Positions 1-9,468 are shown, counted from the first letter of the stretch. The stretch is DNA of 64,000 nt from an uncultured Coriobacteriales bacterium (GCA_934654475.1 CAKUFZ010000003.1:1811-65810); one strand, 5' to 3'. The notes: generated by a model from the sequence alone, not told the origin. Translations and numbers: made by a program.

Positions 1-1386
1 CGCACGCACGAGGCTGGCGTAGGCAGGCGCGGCATAGGGGCCGGCGGCCGCGGCGATGAACGCCCATTGCGAGCTCGAGGCACACGCGCGCACAACGGCC
101 AGGGGCGCAAGCTCCCAGGCAACATCGGCAGGATCGCTCAGGATCTCAAGGCCCTGGGCGGCGAGAGGACTGAGCACGCCCGCCTGTGCCACGCGCGCAT
201 CGGCCGGCGTGGAGCCGGCATCAGCGCCGCCTTCCTGCCCCTTGCCGGCGCCTTCCCCACACGCAGCAACCGCCTCGGACGCCGCAGGAATCTCGCCGAG
301 GGGCTCGTCGTCGGCCACGCACGACCCGTCGACCCCCACATGCCCGTGCGTGAAGAACTCCGCCAGGCGCGCCGCATGGTCGCGCTCGAGCTGGACAAGG
401 TCGGCCTCGGCCTTGGCAAGGCGGTCGAAGATGTCGCTTGCGACAGAAGCGAAACGCTCCTGCTGCTCGAGCGTGCCCACATGCAGGCACAGGGCACTGA
501 AGTCCTGTTCGCTCACCCAGTCCTGCCTGGAGAGGCCCTCGCGCACATGGGCGGCACGCAGGGCAAACAGCAGGACACCCAGGTCGACCTTGGAGTCGGC
601 CGCGCAGGCATAGAGCACGTCCTGCAAAGGATGGCATGCCTCGGGAACGTAGCGCGCGACCATGGCGCGACCCTGGGGGGCGGCCACGACGCAGGGTCCC
701 TCGGCCAGGACCTCGTCGCAGCGACCCAGCGTGCCGCGGCTGCCCTCCACGCGCACGGCCTTGTCGGGGCCGCGCAGCTCGGCCAGCACCGACGTGCCCG
801 TGCGCCACCTCACCGCGTCCGCCATGGCGAGGGTCTTAGGTCCGTCGGCACCCACGATGCTCGCAAACGCCTCGTCGCCCTCGGCCATGAGCCGGGCAGG
901 CAGGGCGCGCAGGCGCTTGAACTCGGCCTCGTCCGCCTCAATCATCTCGACAAACGCGTCGCGCACGGCACGGCTGGGCCAGGGAATGCGCGAGGCGAGC
1001 AGCGCAGTCAGGGAAATCTGACGCAGCTGGGGGGTTCCGGTGACCTGGTGGGCCACCTGCGGGGAGTGCGTGATGACGTTGTAGAGGTAGTCGGTGTCGG
1101 TGCGGTCGTGGGGCACGAGGGCATACACCTGCCTGCCGAAGGAGAAACGTCCCTGCTCCTTGCGCGCCATGACATACCCGGTGTTTGCCACAATCTGGCC
1201 GTACGCAGGGACGATGATTGCACCGCCCGCATCCACAAGCCAATCATCGACACCAAACGACTGACAGTTGTCGGCAAAGTAGGCGTACGGCCCCTTGCGC
1301 GCCGAGCGCTCGGCCACCGTAAGGTCCTGCTCGCCTTCCTTTGCCGCCCGGCACACGTCCCCGAGCCTCACCATCTGCATAGCCAT
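1..1386 (-). CDS. Type I restriction-modification specificity subunit (HsdS)-like protein; 5' part only, ORF runs off the left edge
   Basis: Absent from the ORF track because no stop lies in the window. The reverse frame is open for all 462 codons with G/C-rich third positions. ATG at 1386-1384 has GGAGG about 10 nt upstream. MAMQMVRLGDVCRAAKEGEQ... shows two short target-recognition-like halves. Each is followed by an HsdS-type conserved helix (LLASRIPWPSRAVRDAFVEMIE; LCLHVGTLEQQERFASVASDIFDRL). After about 330 aa it continues into a non-HsdS Ala/Gly-rich extension. Confidence 0.55.
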   Translation of the reverse strand, partial: MAMQMVRLGDVCRAAKEGEQDLTVAERSARKGPYAYFADNCQSFGVDDWLVDAGGAIIVPAYGQIVANTGYVMARKEQGRFSFGRQVYALVPHDRTDTDYLYNVITHSPQVAHQVTGTPQLRQISLTALLASRIPWPSRAVRDAFVEMIEADEAEFKRLRALPARLMAEGDEAFASIVGADGPKTLAMADAVRWRTGTSVLAELRGPDKAVRVEGSRGTLGRCDEVLAEGPCVVAAPQGRAMVARYVPEACHPLQDVLYACAADSKVDLGVLLFALRAAHVREGLSRQDWVSEQDFSALCLHVGTLEQQERFASVASDIFDRLAKAEADLVQLERDHAARLAEFFTHGHVGVDGSCVADDEPLGEIPAASEAVAACGEGAGKGQEGGADAGSTPADARVAQAGVLSPLAAQGLEILSDPADVAWELAPLAVVRACASSSQWAFIAAAAGPYAAPAYASLVRA

Positions 1387-1480
1387 GTCTCACATGCCTC
1401 CTCGACCACACGACCCGCGCCGCGAAATCGTTTTTTGACTCGGCACATGATACCCGCACTTGCAGCTTGATAGCCCGAGA

Positions 1481-2470
1481 CTAGCGGATGTCGCCGCCGC
1501 GGGTGCCGGGCTGCCAGACGCGCTCGGAGATGCGGTAGCCCTTGTAGTCCTCGCTCAGCTCGGTGAGGTCGAAGGGCGTCATCTGGTAGATGTAGTTGAG
1601 CCAGTTGCGCCAGAAGAGGTTGGCGTGGCTGCGCCAAGTAAGGCAGGGCTCGTTGGCCGGGTCGTCGTCGGGGTAATAGTTGCGCGGCATGTCGATGGGC
1701 CTGCCCAGCCCCAGGTCGCGGCGGTATTCCGCATCGAGCGTGCCCTTGGCGTACTCGAGGTGGCCGGTGATGAACACCTGGCGCATGTCGGAGGTCGCCA
1801 GGATGGAAGGGCCCGTCACCGGGCTCGTGCCCAGCGCGTACAGGTCGCGGCCGATGTGCTCGTCGAGCTGGGCCAGGTCGATGCCGGCGTGGCGGGAGTG
1901 CGGCATGAAGAAGCGCTCGTCAAAGCCGTTGGTAAGGAAGTTGTACTCGTCGGTGAGCCTGGTGGCGAACACGCCGAAAAGCTTGCTGGGCAGCGCCACC
2001 TTGTTCACGCCGTGGTGGAAGTACAGGCCCGCCAGGGCTCCCCAACAGATGTGCAGCGTGGAGTAGACGTTCGTGCGGCTCCACTTCATGACCTCGACGA
2101 GCTCGTCCCAGTAATCGACGTCCTCGAAGTCCATCTCCTCCACGGGGGCGCCGGTGATGACGAGCGCGTCGTAGCGGCGATCGCGAAACGCCTCGAAGGT
2201 GTCGTAGAACTTGACGAGGTGGTCGTGGGGGGTGTTCTTGCTCTCGTGGCTCGCCATGCACATGAAATCCATGTCCACCTGCAGCGGCGACTTGGAAATG
2301 AGGCGCAGGATCTGCGTCTCCGTCTCGATCTTCTTGGGCATGAGGTTGAGCAGCACGACCCTCAGCGGGCGCATGTGCTGCTTGGAAGCGACGTTCTCCT
2401 CAAGCGCGAAGATGCGCTCGTCGTCAAGAATCTCCTTGGCAGGAAGTCCGGTGGGGATGTTGATAGGCAT
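1481..2470 (-). CDS. metA: Homoserine O-acyltransferase (MetA/HTS family)
   Basis: Track ORF 1481..2689 trimmed to ATG 2470, with AGGAG just upstream. MPINIPTGLPAKEIL..LNLMPKKIETE..VITGAPVE..HICWGA.. matches the MetA family over its full length (329 aa). Confidence 0.9.
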   Translation of the reverse strand: MPINIPTGLPAKEILDDERIFALEENVASKQHMRPLRVVLLNLMPKKIETETQILRLISKSPLQVDMDFMCMASHESKNTPHDHLVKFYDTFEAFRDRRYDALVITGAPVEEMDFEDVDYWDELVEVMKWSRTNVYSTLHICWGALAGLYFHHGVNKVALPSKLFGVFATRLTDEYNFLTNGFDERFFMPHSRHAGIDLAQLDEHIGRDLYALGTSPVTGPSILATSDMRQVFITGHLEYAKGTLDAEYRRDLGLGRPIDMPRNYYPDDDPANEPCLTWRSHANLFWRNWLNYIYQMTPFDLTELSEDYKGYRISERVWQPGTRGGDIR

Positions 2471-2691
2471 GAGGGCTCCTTGGGAGAAGGCACATGGCTC
2501 GTGCAGGGTCATTTTGAATGGCGCAAATTTCCAAGGGATAAAGATACCCTCTCCGGCGGCCAAGTGCGGCGCAGAACCACACGCGGGTGCGATATGTTTT
2601 GATTGCCAGCCATCGGCGCGACTGATAGCGGCAGGGACCGCGTACGGCCTATAATTCCTGCCCAGACGACACTTCGACGATGGGAGCAACC

Positions 2692-3465
2692 ATGCCCGTT
2701 CTCATGAACAAGGGAGACGACCCGCGCCGCGCCGCGTGGCTTTTCTACACCGACCGCGCCGAGCTCGACGAGTGGGGCCGCCAAATCGTGGAGGGCCGCT
2801 GGGACTCCGCGTGCCTCGTGGTAGACCCCGAGTCGCTTGAGGCCGCCAAAAAGGCCAGCTCACCGGTAGAGGTGTGGGCGCAGGCCAAGACCCTCATCCC
2901 CGAGGACTTCGACCTGGAGGCCGCACGCGGCGAGGTGATGGAGGCCACGCAGGCCACCATCGAGCGCGCGAAGATGGAAGCCGAGGCTAAGGCCGACGAG
3001 CGGGAAGGCGACGAGGGGGCCGAGGCCGAGGCCGACGAGCAGGAGGGCGACGAGGAAGCCGCTGACGCGAAGCACGCGTCGGAAGGTGACGAGGGCGAAG
3101 GTGCCTGCGAGGAGCCCGAGGGCGAGCAGGACACGCAGGGGGGCGACGAGAACCCCTTCGACTACGAGCCCGTCCCCGCGCCCGAGGGCCTGCGCATCCA
3201 TGTGGGCACCACCACCCGCCAGGCAGCCCTGAGCTACCTCATGGCGCATGAAAACGAGGAAGGCGAAGGCGACGAGGACGCGACGGCCGACACCGACCTG
3301 CCCGGCCTGCAGATGCTCGCCCAGCTCATCGACTACATGCGCGACTCGGCCGACGGCCTGCCCTCATTTGCCGTGTGGCACATCGACCCCTCGGGCATCC
3401 TGCGCATGGTGCGCGCCAAGAAGGTCAAGGCCATGGCCGGCAACGTGCTGAGCGTCAAGAACTAG
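2692..3465 (+). CDS. Hypothetical acidic protein (Glu/Asp/Gly-rich centre)
   Basis: GC3-rich ORF with GGGAG before ATG 2692 (alternative ATG 2680). Central low-complexity stretch EREGDEGAEAEADEQEGDEE. No family recognised. Confidence 0.6.
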   Translation: MPVLMNKGDDPRRAAWLFYTDRAELDEWGRQIVEGRWDSACLVVDPESLEAAKKASSPVEVWAQAKTLIPEDFDLEAARGEVMEATQATIERAKMEAEAKADEREGDEGAEAEADEQEGDEEAADAKHASEGDEGEGACEEPEGEQDTQGGDENPFDYEPVPAPEGLRIHVGTTTRQAALSYLMAHENEEGEGDEDATADTDLPGLQMLAQLIDYMRDSADGLPSFAVWHIDPSGILRMVRAKKVKAMAGNVLSVKN

Positions 3466-3474
3466 AAGTCCCGG

Positions 3475-3552
3475 GATGCGCTGTGGCTGCGTTCCTCAGG
3501 GCCTCATGTACTCCAGTACACATCGGCCCTGAGCGCCTTGCCACAGCGCATC
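3475..3552. repeat. 78-bp nested palindrome (13-bp outer stem, 9-bp middle stem, centre ATGTACTccAGTACA); member of palindromic repeat family 2
   Basis: gatgcgctgtggc (3475-3487) pairs with gccacagcgcatc (3540-3552). ctcagggcc (3495-3503) pairs with ggccctgag (3525-3533). The core gcgttcc..cctcatgtactccagta resembles the reverse complement of the repeats at 17.6 kb and 43.4 kb. Confidence 0.7.
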
Positions 3553-3586
3553 CCTGTCGCCTTTGGTTGAAAGAGAGTGCAAAATC

Positions 3587-4771
3587 ATGCAGTACAACTT
3601 CGACGAGGTCATCGACAGGCGCGGCACGAACTGCTGCAAGTGGGACGGCGCCGAGAAGGCAGGGCACTCCCCCGACGAGATCTCGATGTGGGTGGCCGAC
3701 ATGGACTTCCGCTGCCCCCAGCCCGCCATCGACGCCCTGGTGGCGCGCGCGCAGGAGGGCATCTTCGGCTACACGCAGACGCCCGAGGGCTACTACACCG
3801 CCATGTGCGACTGGTTCGGCCGCCGTCACGGCTTCCGCCCCCGCGAGGAGTGGGTCGTCATCACGCCGGGCGTGTGCTTCGCCCTCTCCATGGCCGTGCG
3901 CTGCTTCACGCACGAGGGCGACACCGTGCTCATCCAGCCGCCCGTGTACTACCCCTTCGCCAACACCATCGTCCAAAACGGCCGCCGCGTCGCAAACGCC
4001 CCCCTCACCTGCAACGACGACGGCTCCTACAGCATCGACTTCGACGTGTTCGAGCGCGTGGTGCGCGAGGAGCGCCCGACGCTCTTCATCATGAGCAACC
4101 CGCACAACCCCGTGGGCCGTGCCTGGACCGAAGAGGAGCTGCGCCGCATGGGCCAGATCTGCCAGGAAGCAGGCGTACTCGTGGTGGCCGACGAGATCCA
4201 CGCCGACTTCGACCGGCCCCAGCACCCGCACGTGTGCTACGCGAGCCTGGGCGAGGCGTTCGCGCAGAACTGCGTGGTGTGCACCGCGCCCTCCAAGACG
4301 TTCAACCTGGCGGGACTTCAGCTCTCCAACATTCTCATCCCCAACCCCGAGCTGCGCCGGCACTTCGCCGACGAGGTGTGCGCCACGGGCTACGACGAGC
4401 CGAGCTGCTTTGGCCTGGCGGCGGCGCAGGCATGCTTCACCCAGGGCGACGAGTGGCTTGACCAGCTCAAAGACTACCTCGAGGGCAACATCGCCCTCGT
4501 GCGCGACTTCATCGCCCAGCGTATTCCCGCTCTCAGGTTCACCGAGCCCGAGAGCACCTACCTGCTGTGGGTGGACTGCCGCGGCCTGGGCCTGACCGAC
4601 GAGGAGCTCACGCGCTTCATCCAGCACGACGCGCGCCTGTGGCTCGACATGGGTTCCATCTTCGGCAAGGAGGGCGAGGGCTTCATCCGCCTGAACGTGG
4701 CATGCCCGCGCAGTGTGGTGAAAGAGGCGCTCGAGCGGCTCGAGGCGGCCGCGAACGGGCTTTCTCGTTAG
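3587..4771 (+). CDS. patB: MalY/PatB-type PLP-dependent C-S lyase (cystathionine beta-lyase-like aminotransferase class I/II)
   Basis: Track ORF 3563..4771 trimmed to ATG 3587. MQYNFDEVIDRRGTNCCKWD.., SNPHNPVGR.., CTAPSKTFNLAG (PLP lysine motif) are typical of the MalY/PatB family. Sits in a methionine context next to metA. Confidence 0.85.
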   Translation: MQYNFDEVIDRRGTNCCKWDGAEKAGHSPDEISMWVADMDFRCPQPAIDALVARAQEGIFGYTQTPEGYYTAMCDWFGRRHGFRPREEWVVITPGVCFALSMAVRCFTHEGDTVLIQPPVYYPFANTIVQNGRRVANAPLTCNDDGSYSIDFDVFERVVREERPTLFIMSNPHNPVGRAWTEEELRRMGQICQEAGVLVVADEIHADFDRPQHPHVCYASLGEAFAQNCVVCTAPSKTFNLAGLQLSNILIPNPELRRHFADEVCATGYDEPSCFGLAAAQACFTQGDEWLDQLKDYLEGNIALVRDFIAQRIPALRFTEPESTYLLWVDCRGLGLTDEELTRFIQHDARLWLDMGSIFGKEGEGFIRLNVACPRSVVKEALERLEAAANGLSR

Positions 4772-4912
4772 CCGAGCGGCGCAGATCGAGCGCGACCCGC
4801 CCACATCTGGACGATTTGCGCGTCCGAAACATGCCTGTTCAAAAGGCACGTGATAATGGCTTGCGTCAAACGATGCGGGACGAACCCGCACAAGGCATTG
4901 GGAGGATAGCCG

Positions 4913-7237
4913 ATGGCGGCAGTTGAGCTTTTCGAGGGCGGCGCGTTTCTTGTCGACGGACGCACGCTTGTAGCAGCAGACGAGGCGCAGGCCTTCAGCG
5001 AGCAGACGGGGCGCGCGCTCGACGCGCAGCAGGCCCGCACGCAGACGATGGCGTACTCCATCATGGCGGCGCACAACACCGCGCCCGACATGGAGCACCT
5101 CAAGCTGCGCTTCGACGCCATGGCCAGCCACGACATCACCTTCGTCGGCATCATCCAGACGGCCCGCGCCTCGGGCCTCACCGAGTTCCCCATCCCCTAC
5201 GTGCTCACGAACTGCCACAACTCGCTGTGCGCCGTGGGCGGTACCATCAACGAGGACGACCACGCCTTCGGCCTCTCCGCAGCCAAGAAGTACGGCGGCA
5301 TCTACGTGCCCGCCCACATCGCCGTCATCCACCAGTACATGCGCGAGACGATGGCCGGCTGCGGCAAGATGATCCTGGGCTCCGACTCGCACACCCGCTA
5401 CGGCGCCTTGGGCACCATGGCAATCGGCGAAGGCGGCGGTGAGCTCGTCAAGCAGCTGCTGCGCGACACCTACGACGTCAAGCGCCCCGAGGTCGTGTGC
5501 GTCTACCTGGAAGGGGCGCCCGTGCCCGGCGTGGGCCCACAGGACATCGCGCTGGCCATCATCGGCGCGGTCTTCGGTCGCGGCTACGTGAAGAACAAGG
5601 TCATGGAGTTCGTGGGCCCGGGCGTTGCGAGCATGGACTGCGACTTCCGCAACGGCGTCGACGTCATGACGACCGAGACCACCTGCCTGTCGTCCATCTG
5701 GGTGACCGACGACAAGACCCGAGAGTTCCTGAGCGCGCACGGTCGCGAGGCCGACTACCGTGAGCTCCGCCCCGGCAAGGTCGCCTACTACGAGGGCTGC
5801 GTGCGCGTGGACCTCTCCCAGGTGCGCCCCATGATCGCGCTCCCCTTCCACCCCTCGCGCGTCCACACGATCGACGAGCTCAACGCCAACCTCGAGGACA
5901 TCCTGCACGAGGTGGAGGCCTCGGCCGAGCAGGTGGGCGACGGCAGGGCGACGCTGCACCTGCTCGACAAGGTGAAAGACGGCAAGCTGCACGTGCAGCA
6001 GGGCGTCATCGCAGGCTGCGCGGGCGGCAACTTCGGCAGTGTCCTGAACGCAGCCCGCGCCCTCAAGGGCAAGAACTGCGGCAACGGCGACTTCACGCTC
6101 TCGGTGTACCCCTCCTCGCAGCCCGTGTGCATGGAGCTCACGCGCCTGGGAGCCGCACTCGACCTCATGGCGGCAGGCGCCATCTGGCGCACGGCGTTCT
6201 GCGGCCCGTGCTTCGGCGCCGGCGACACGCCCCGCAACGACGGCCTTTCCGTGCGCCACACCACGCGCAACTTCCCCAACCGCGAGGGCTCCAAGCCCGG
6301 CGCCGGCCAGCTTGCCGCTGTCGCCCTCATGGATGCGCGCTCCATCGCCGCCACGGCCGCCGCAGGCGGCGTGCTGACGGCCGCCACCGACCTGCCTGAG
6401 GACACCTGGGACGAGCACCCCGCCTACACCTTCGACCGTACCTCCTACGACACACGCGTCTACCAGGGGTTCGGCCACGCTCAGACGCAAAGCGAGCTGG
6501 TGTATGGCCCCAACATCAAGGACTGGCCCGCCATGGAGCCCCTGGCCGATAACATCCTCGTGCGCGTGTGCTCCAAGATCATGGACGCCGTGACCACCAC
6601 CGACGAGCTCATCCCCTCCGGCGAGACGAGCTCGTACCGCTCGAAGCCCCTGGGCCTGGCCGAGTTCACGCTCTCCAGGCGCGACCCGGGCTACGTGGGC
6701 CGCTCCAAGACGGTGGACACCTGGGAGAAGGCGCGTCTTGCCGGCGGCGACCCCTCCAAGGTCGCACCCGAGGTGGCGCAGGCCTTCGCCGCGCTTCGCG
6801 GCTGCCCTGAGCTCGAGGGACGCGTGCCGCAGGCCGGCGAGGTCGAGATCGGCAGCATGATCTACGCGGTCAAGCCCGGCGACGGCAGCGCCCGCGAGCA
6901 GGCGGCAAGCTGCCAGCGCGTCATCGGCGGCCTGGCAAACGTCGTGCGCGAGTTCGCCACGAAGCGCTACCGCTCCAACGTCATGAACTGGGGCATGGTG
7001 CCGTTCCAGCTGGCCGGCGACCCCACCTTCGAGGTGGGCGACTGGCTCTACGTGCCGGGCATCAGGGCCGCGCTCGAGAACAACGAGCTCGCCGACATCT
7101 CCTGCTGGGTGGTGCGCGCCGCGACGGGGCGTGTCGAGAAAATCTCGCTCTACGTGGCGGACATGACGCCTGAGGAGAGGCAGATTGTGCTGGCAGGGTG
7201 CCTCATCAACTACAACAGGGAGAAAGCAGGGAAGTAG
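4913..7237 (+). CDS. Aconitase-family hydratase (catalytic plus swivel domains)
   Basis: GGAGGA RBS; 774 aa. Fe-S ligand and substrate motifs [28 protein letters not shown]-terminal swivel domain [17 protein letters not shown]. Confidence 0.8.
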   Translation: MAAVELFEGGAFLVDGRTLVAADEAQAFSEQTGRALDAQQARTQTMAYSIMAAHNTAPDMEHLKLRFDAMASHDITFVGIIQTARASGLTEFPIPYVLTNCHNSLCAVGGTINEDDHAFGLSAAKKYGGIYVPAHIAVIHQYMRETMAGCGKMILGSDSHTRYGALGTMAIGEGGGELVKQLLRDTYDVKRPEVVCVYLEGAPVPGVGPQDIALAIIGAVFGRGYVKNKVMEFVGPGVASMDCDFRNGVDVMTTETTCLSSIWVTDDKTREFLSAHGREADYRELRPGKVAYYEGCVRVDLSQVRPMIALPFHPSRVHTIDELNANLEDILHEVEASAEQVGDGRATLHLLDKVKDGKLHVQQGVIAGCAGGNFGSVLNAARALKGKNCGNGDFTLSVYPSSQPVCMELTRLGAALDLMAAGAIWRTAFCGPCFGAGDTPRNDGLSVRHTTRNFPNREGSKPGAGQLAAVALMDARSIAATAAAGGVLTAATDLPEDTWDEHPAYTFDRTSYDTRVYQGFGHAQTQSELVYGPNIKDWPAMEPLADNILVRVCSKIMDAVTTTDELIPSGETSSYRSKPLGLAEFTLSRRDPGYVGRSKTVDTWEKARLAGGDPSKVAPEVAQAFAALRGCPELEGRVPQAGEVEIGSMIYAVKPGDGSAREQAASCQRVIGGLANVVREFATKRYRSNVMNWGMVPFQLAGDPTFEVGDWLYVPGIRAALENNELADISCWVVRAATGRVEKISLYVADMTPEERQIVLAGCLINYNREKAGK

Positions 7238-7250
7238 GGTTGTGCGCCGA

Positions 7251-7690
7251 GGGGGCGGGGCGCTCCCGACGCGCGGCGTATCCTCGTATCGAAGACTGCA
7301 GAAACCCGAGGCATGGGCGCTTCGCGCTTATGCCTCTTTCTTTGTCTTCACTGCGGAGGCCGCGCTCTGGGAGCGCCCCGCCCCGCACGAGCCCCGCTTC
7401 CCCTGGCGGGAGGGCGTTCTGTTGGATTCGGGGGATATCGAAGGGTCGCGAGTTGGGAGCGCGCTCTGGGAGAATCATCCGCACCGCACGGCTCCACTTC
7501 CCCTGGCGAAAAAGCGTTTCGTCGAATTCGGGGGATATCGAAAAACAGTCCCACTGCACAGGCCGCGCTCTGGGAGCGCCCCGCCCGCACGAACCACGCC
7601 TCCCTTGGCGAAAGGACGTTTTGTTGGGTTCGGGGGGTATCGAAGGGTCGCGAGTTGGGGGCGTGCTCAGGGAGGAGCCCGTGCTGCATG
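7251..7690 (+). repeat. Repeat family 1: terminator-bearing unit A (7251-7345) plus about 3.3 tandem units of about 105 bp (unit B)
   Basis: Unit A holds the hairpin gaggcat..atgcctc followed by tttctttg, a likely terminator for the aconitase-family gene. Unit B starts gcgctctgggag at about 7351, 7459 and 7563, with core cttccc(c/t)tggcg..cgtt..ttcgggggatatcgaa. Further copies lie at 8338-8420 and 9210-9468. Confidence 0.8.
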
Positions 7691-7747
7691 ACTCTCTTAA
7701 ACGGAAGCGGGCGTAAGCTCATGGCTCATGCGTAGAAAGGATTCGAC

Positions 7748-8311
7748 ATGACGGTCTACTGCACGCAGTACCAATCTGACCTCATTGGCCCGCTTACCAT
7801 TGCAAGCGATGGCGAGGCGATCGTGGGGTGCTGGTTCGAGAACGACCGCTATTTTGGCTATGGCGTCAAAGGCAGCATGGCACCACGCGACAACCTGCCT
7901 GTTTTTGCCCAGGTACGAGATTGGCTCGACCGCTACTTCGCAGGCGAGAAGCCCAACCCACGAGAGTTGCCTCTTTCGGCACAGGCCACCCCCTTCCAAC
8001 TCCTTGTACGTGAGAGCATGCTCGACATACCCTATGGGCAGACGACCACGTACGGGGCCATTGCCAAGCGCATCGAAGCACAGACGGGCAAACGCCAGTC
8101 GGCACGGGCCGTCGGCGGCGCTGTCGGCCGCAACCCGCTCTGCGTCATCGCCCCCTGCCATCGTGTGGTCGGCTCCAACGGAAGCCTTACGGGCTTCGGC
8201 GGCGGCATTGACATGAAAGTGAAGCTGCTTGAGCACGAAGGCGTCGACATGTCGTCGCTCTACCGTCCAAAACGCGGCACAGCCATCAATCCCTCCGACT
8301 GGCTCGCGTAG
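7748..8311 (+). CDS. ogt: Methylated-DNA--protein-cysteine methyltransferase
   Basis: GAAAGGA RBS. Active-site motif PCHRVVGSNGSLTGFGGG and a preceding helix-turn-helix region. Confidence 0.9.
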   Translation: MTVYCTQYQSDLIGPLTIASDGEAIVGCWFENDRYFGYGVKGSMAPRDNLPVFAQVRDWLDRYFAGEKPNPRELPLSAQATPFQLLVRESMLDIPYGQTTTYGAIAKRIEAQTGKRQSARAVGGAVGRNPLCVIAPCHRVVGSNGSLTGFGGGIDMKVKLLEHEGVDMSSLYRPKRGTAINPSDWLA

Positions 8312-8337
8312 TGCACGGCTGACTCTGCCTGTTCTGA

Positions 8338-8420
8338 AGCGCCCCGCACGAACGACGCTTCCCTTGGCGGAAAGCGTTTCGTTGGGTTCGGGGGATATCC
8401 AAGGGACGCGAGGCGGGGAC
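8338..8420 (+). repeat. Repeat family 1, single unit B
   Basis: agcgccccgcacgaacgacgcttcccttggcggaaagcgtttcgttgggttcgggggatatccaaggg aligns with the units at 7.35-7.69 kb. Confidence 0.75.
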
Positions 8421-8480
8421 GCACTGCAGGGCTAACGATATTCTGTTAGAATCTCTTTAGATTTCTTCAAGGGAGGGCAT

Positions 8481-8741
8481 ATGCCAAGCATCATATCGAG
8501 CACAAAGTTGCGCAATGAGTACAACGAGGTGTCGCGAACCTGCCATGAACAGATGTCGCCTGTTTTCGTGACGCGCAACGGCGACGGCGACCTTGCCGTT
8601 ATGAGCATCGAGGCCTACGAAGCACTTGCACGGCGCGCCCAGCTCGTCCGAGAACTTGAACGCGGACATGCCGATGTTGAAGCGGGAAGGACGATGCCGA
8701 CAGCCGAAGCCATTCGAAAGCTGCGCGAGGAGTTCTCATGA
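8481..8741 (+). CDS. Type II antitoxin, Phd/YefM-like
   Basis: 86 aa with GGGAGGG RBS. N-terminus MPSIISSTKLRNEYNEVS..PVFVTRNGDGDLAVMSIEAYE is typical of Phd/YefM. ATGA overlap with the toxin gene. Locally lower GC. Confidence 0.8.
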   Translation: MPSIISSTKLRNEYNEVSRTCHEQMSPVFVTRNGDGDLAVMSIEAYEALARRAQLVRELERGHADVEAGRTMPTAEAIRKLREEFS

Positions 8742-9058
8742 CAGCATCCGAATGGAATGTCCTTGTCACTGAGACAGCCTATCAAGATTTACGTGAAGCC
8801 GCAGCGTACATGCGCGACACCCTGCTTTCCACCAAAGCCGCGAAGACGTTCATCGACGTATTCGAGGAAGCCGTTGGCGACTTGTCTACATTCCCCGAAG
8901 GCAGGCCGCTCGTAAGCGACTTCGACCTCGCCAAACGCGGCTATCGATGGATTCCCGTAGGAAAGTTCATGCTTTTCTACACGACCGATCGAGACGCCCA
9001 TACCGTAGTGGTTGAACGCCTGCTCTATGGACCCCGCGACTGGGCCAAAATGCTCTAA
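8738..9058 (+). CDS. Type II toxin, RelE/ParE family
   Basis: 106 aa with a 4-nt start/stop overlap with the antitoxin. ..YRWIPVGKFMLFYTTDRDAHTVVVERLLYGPRD is a RelE/ParE-type C-terminus. Confidence 0.8.
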   Translation: MTASEWNVLVTETAYQDLREAAAYMRDTLLSTKAAKTFIDVFEEAVGDLSTFPEGRPLVSDFDLAKRGYRWIPVGKFMLFYTTDRDAHTVVVERLLYGPRDWAKML

Positions 9059-9209
9059 GGACCAGGGCAAATGAATTGCCATCAGCCTGCGTGAGGCCCA
9101 ACATCCCGTACATACCAGCAGCATTACGGGCGGTAGTTCCCGACGCAAAGCCAACAGCGCAAGAAGCCTGCTCCGTACGCTACCTCGTGGACCAGGCATC
9201 CCCGATGAA

Positions 9210-9468
9210 GGGCGGGACGCTCCCGACGCGCGGCGTATCCTCGTATCGAAAGCTGCGAAAACCCGGGGCAGGGGCGCGCGTTGCGCGCTTCTGCCCCTTT
9301 TCTTGCTTTCACTGCGGAGGCCGCGCTCTGGGAGCGCCCCTGCCCCGCACGAGCCGCGTTTCCCTTGGCGAGAAGAGCGTTTCGCTAGGCGCGGGAGATA
9401 TCTAAGGGCCGAGTGCCTCGCTTCCCTTGGCGGGAAGGGCGTTTCGTTGAATTCGGGGAACGGCTAGG
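9210..9468 (+). repeat. Repeat family 1: unit A (9210-9307) plus about 1.5 units B
   Basis: gggcgggacgctcccgacgcgcggcgtatcctcgtatcgaa..cactgcggaggccgcgctctgggagcgcc is nearly identical to 7251-7370. It includes the hairpin ggggcag..ctgcccc followed by ttttctt. Confidence 0.8.

Noticed and set aside
67-1470. 467-aa plus-strand ORF at the left edge
   Set aside because: Its composition is typical of antisense translation. The minus strand is open over the whole 1-1386 interval, with an RBS-preceded ATG and an HsdS-like sequence.
2471-2691. Possible SAM riboswitch or T-box leader upstream of metA
   Set aside because: Read on the minus strand, I could not place the conserved SAM-I/SAM-IV cores in the right order; only a loose GCCGATGG..CTGGCAATC resemblance appears. 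I leave it as a question for an Infernal scan and do not annotate it.
3455-6490. 1011-aa minus-strand ORF covering the PatB-like and aconitase-family genes
   Set aside because: It is a shadow ORF of a high-GC region. Its translation is Arg/Gly/Ala/His/Val-rich with no recognisable motifs. The opposite strand encodes two proteins with clear family signatures and proper RBS/start contexts.
7338-7690. Tandem repeats considered as a CRISPR array
   Set aside because: The units are about 105 bp and homologous along their whole length, with no short repeat/unique spacer alternation. No cas genes are present in the window.
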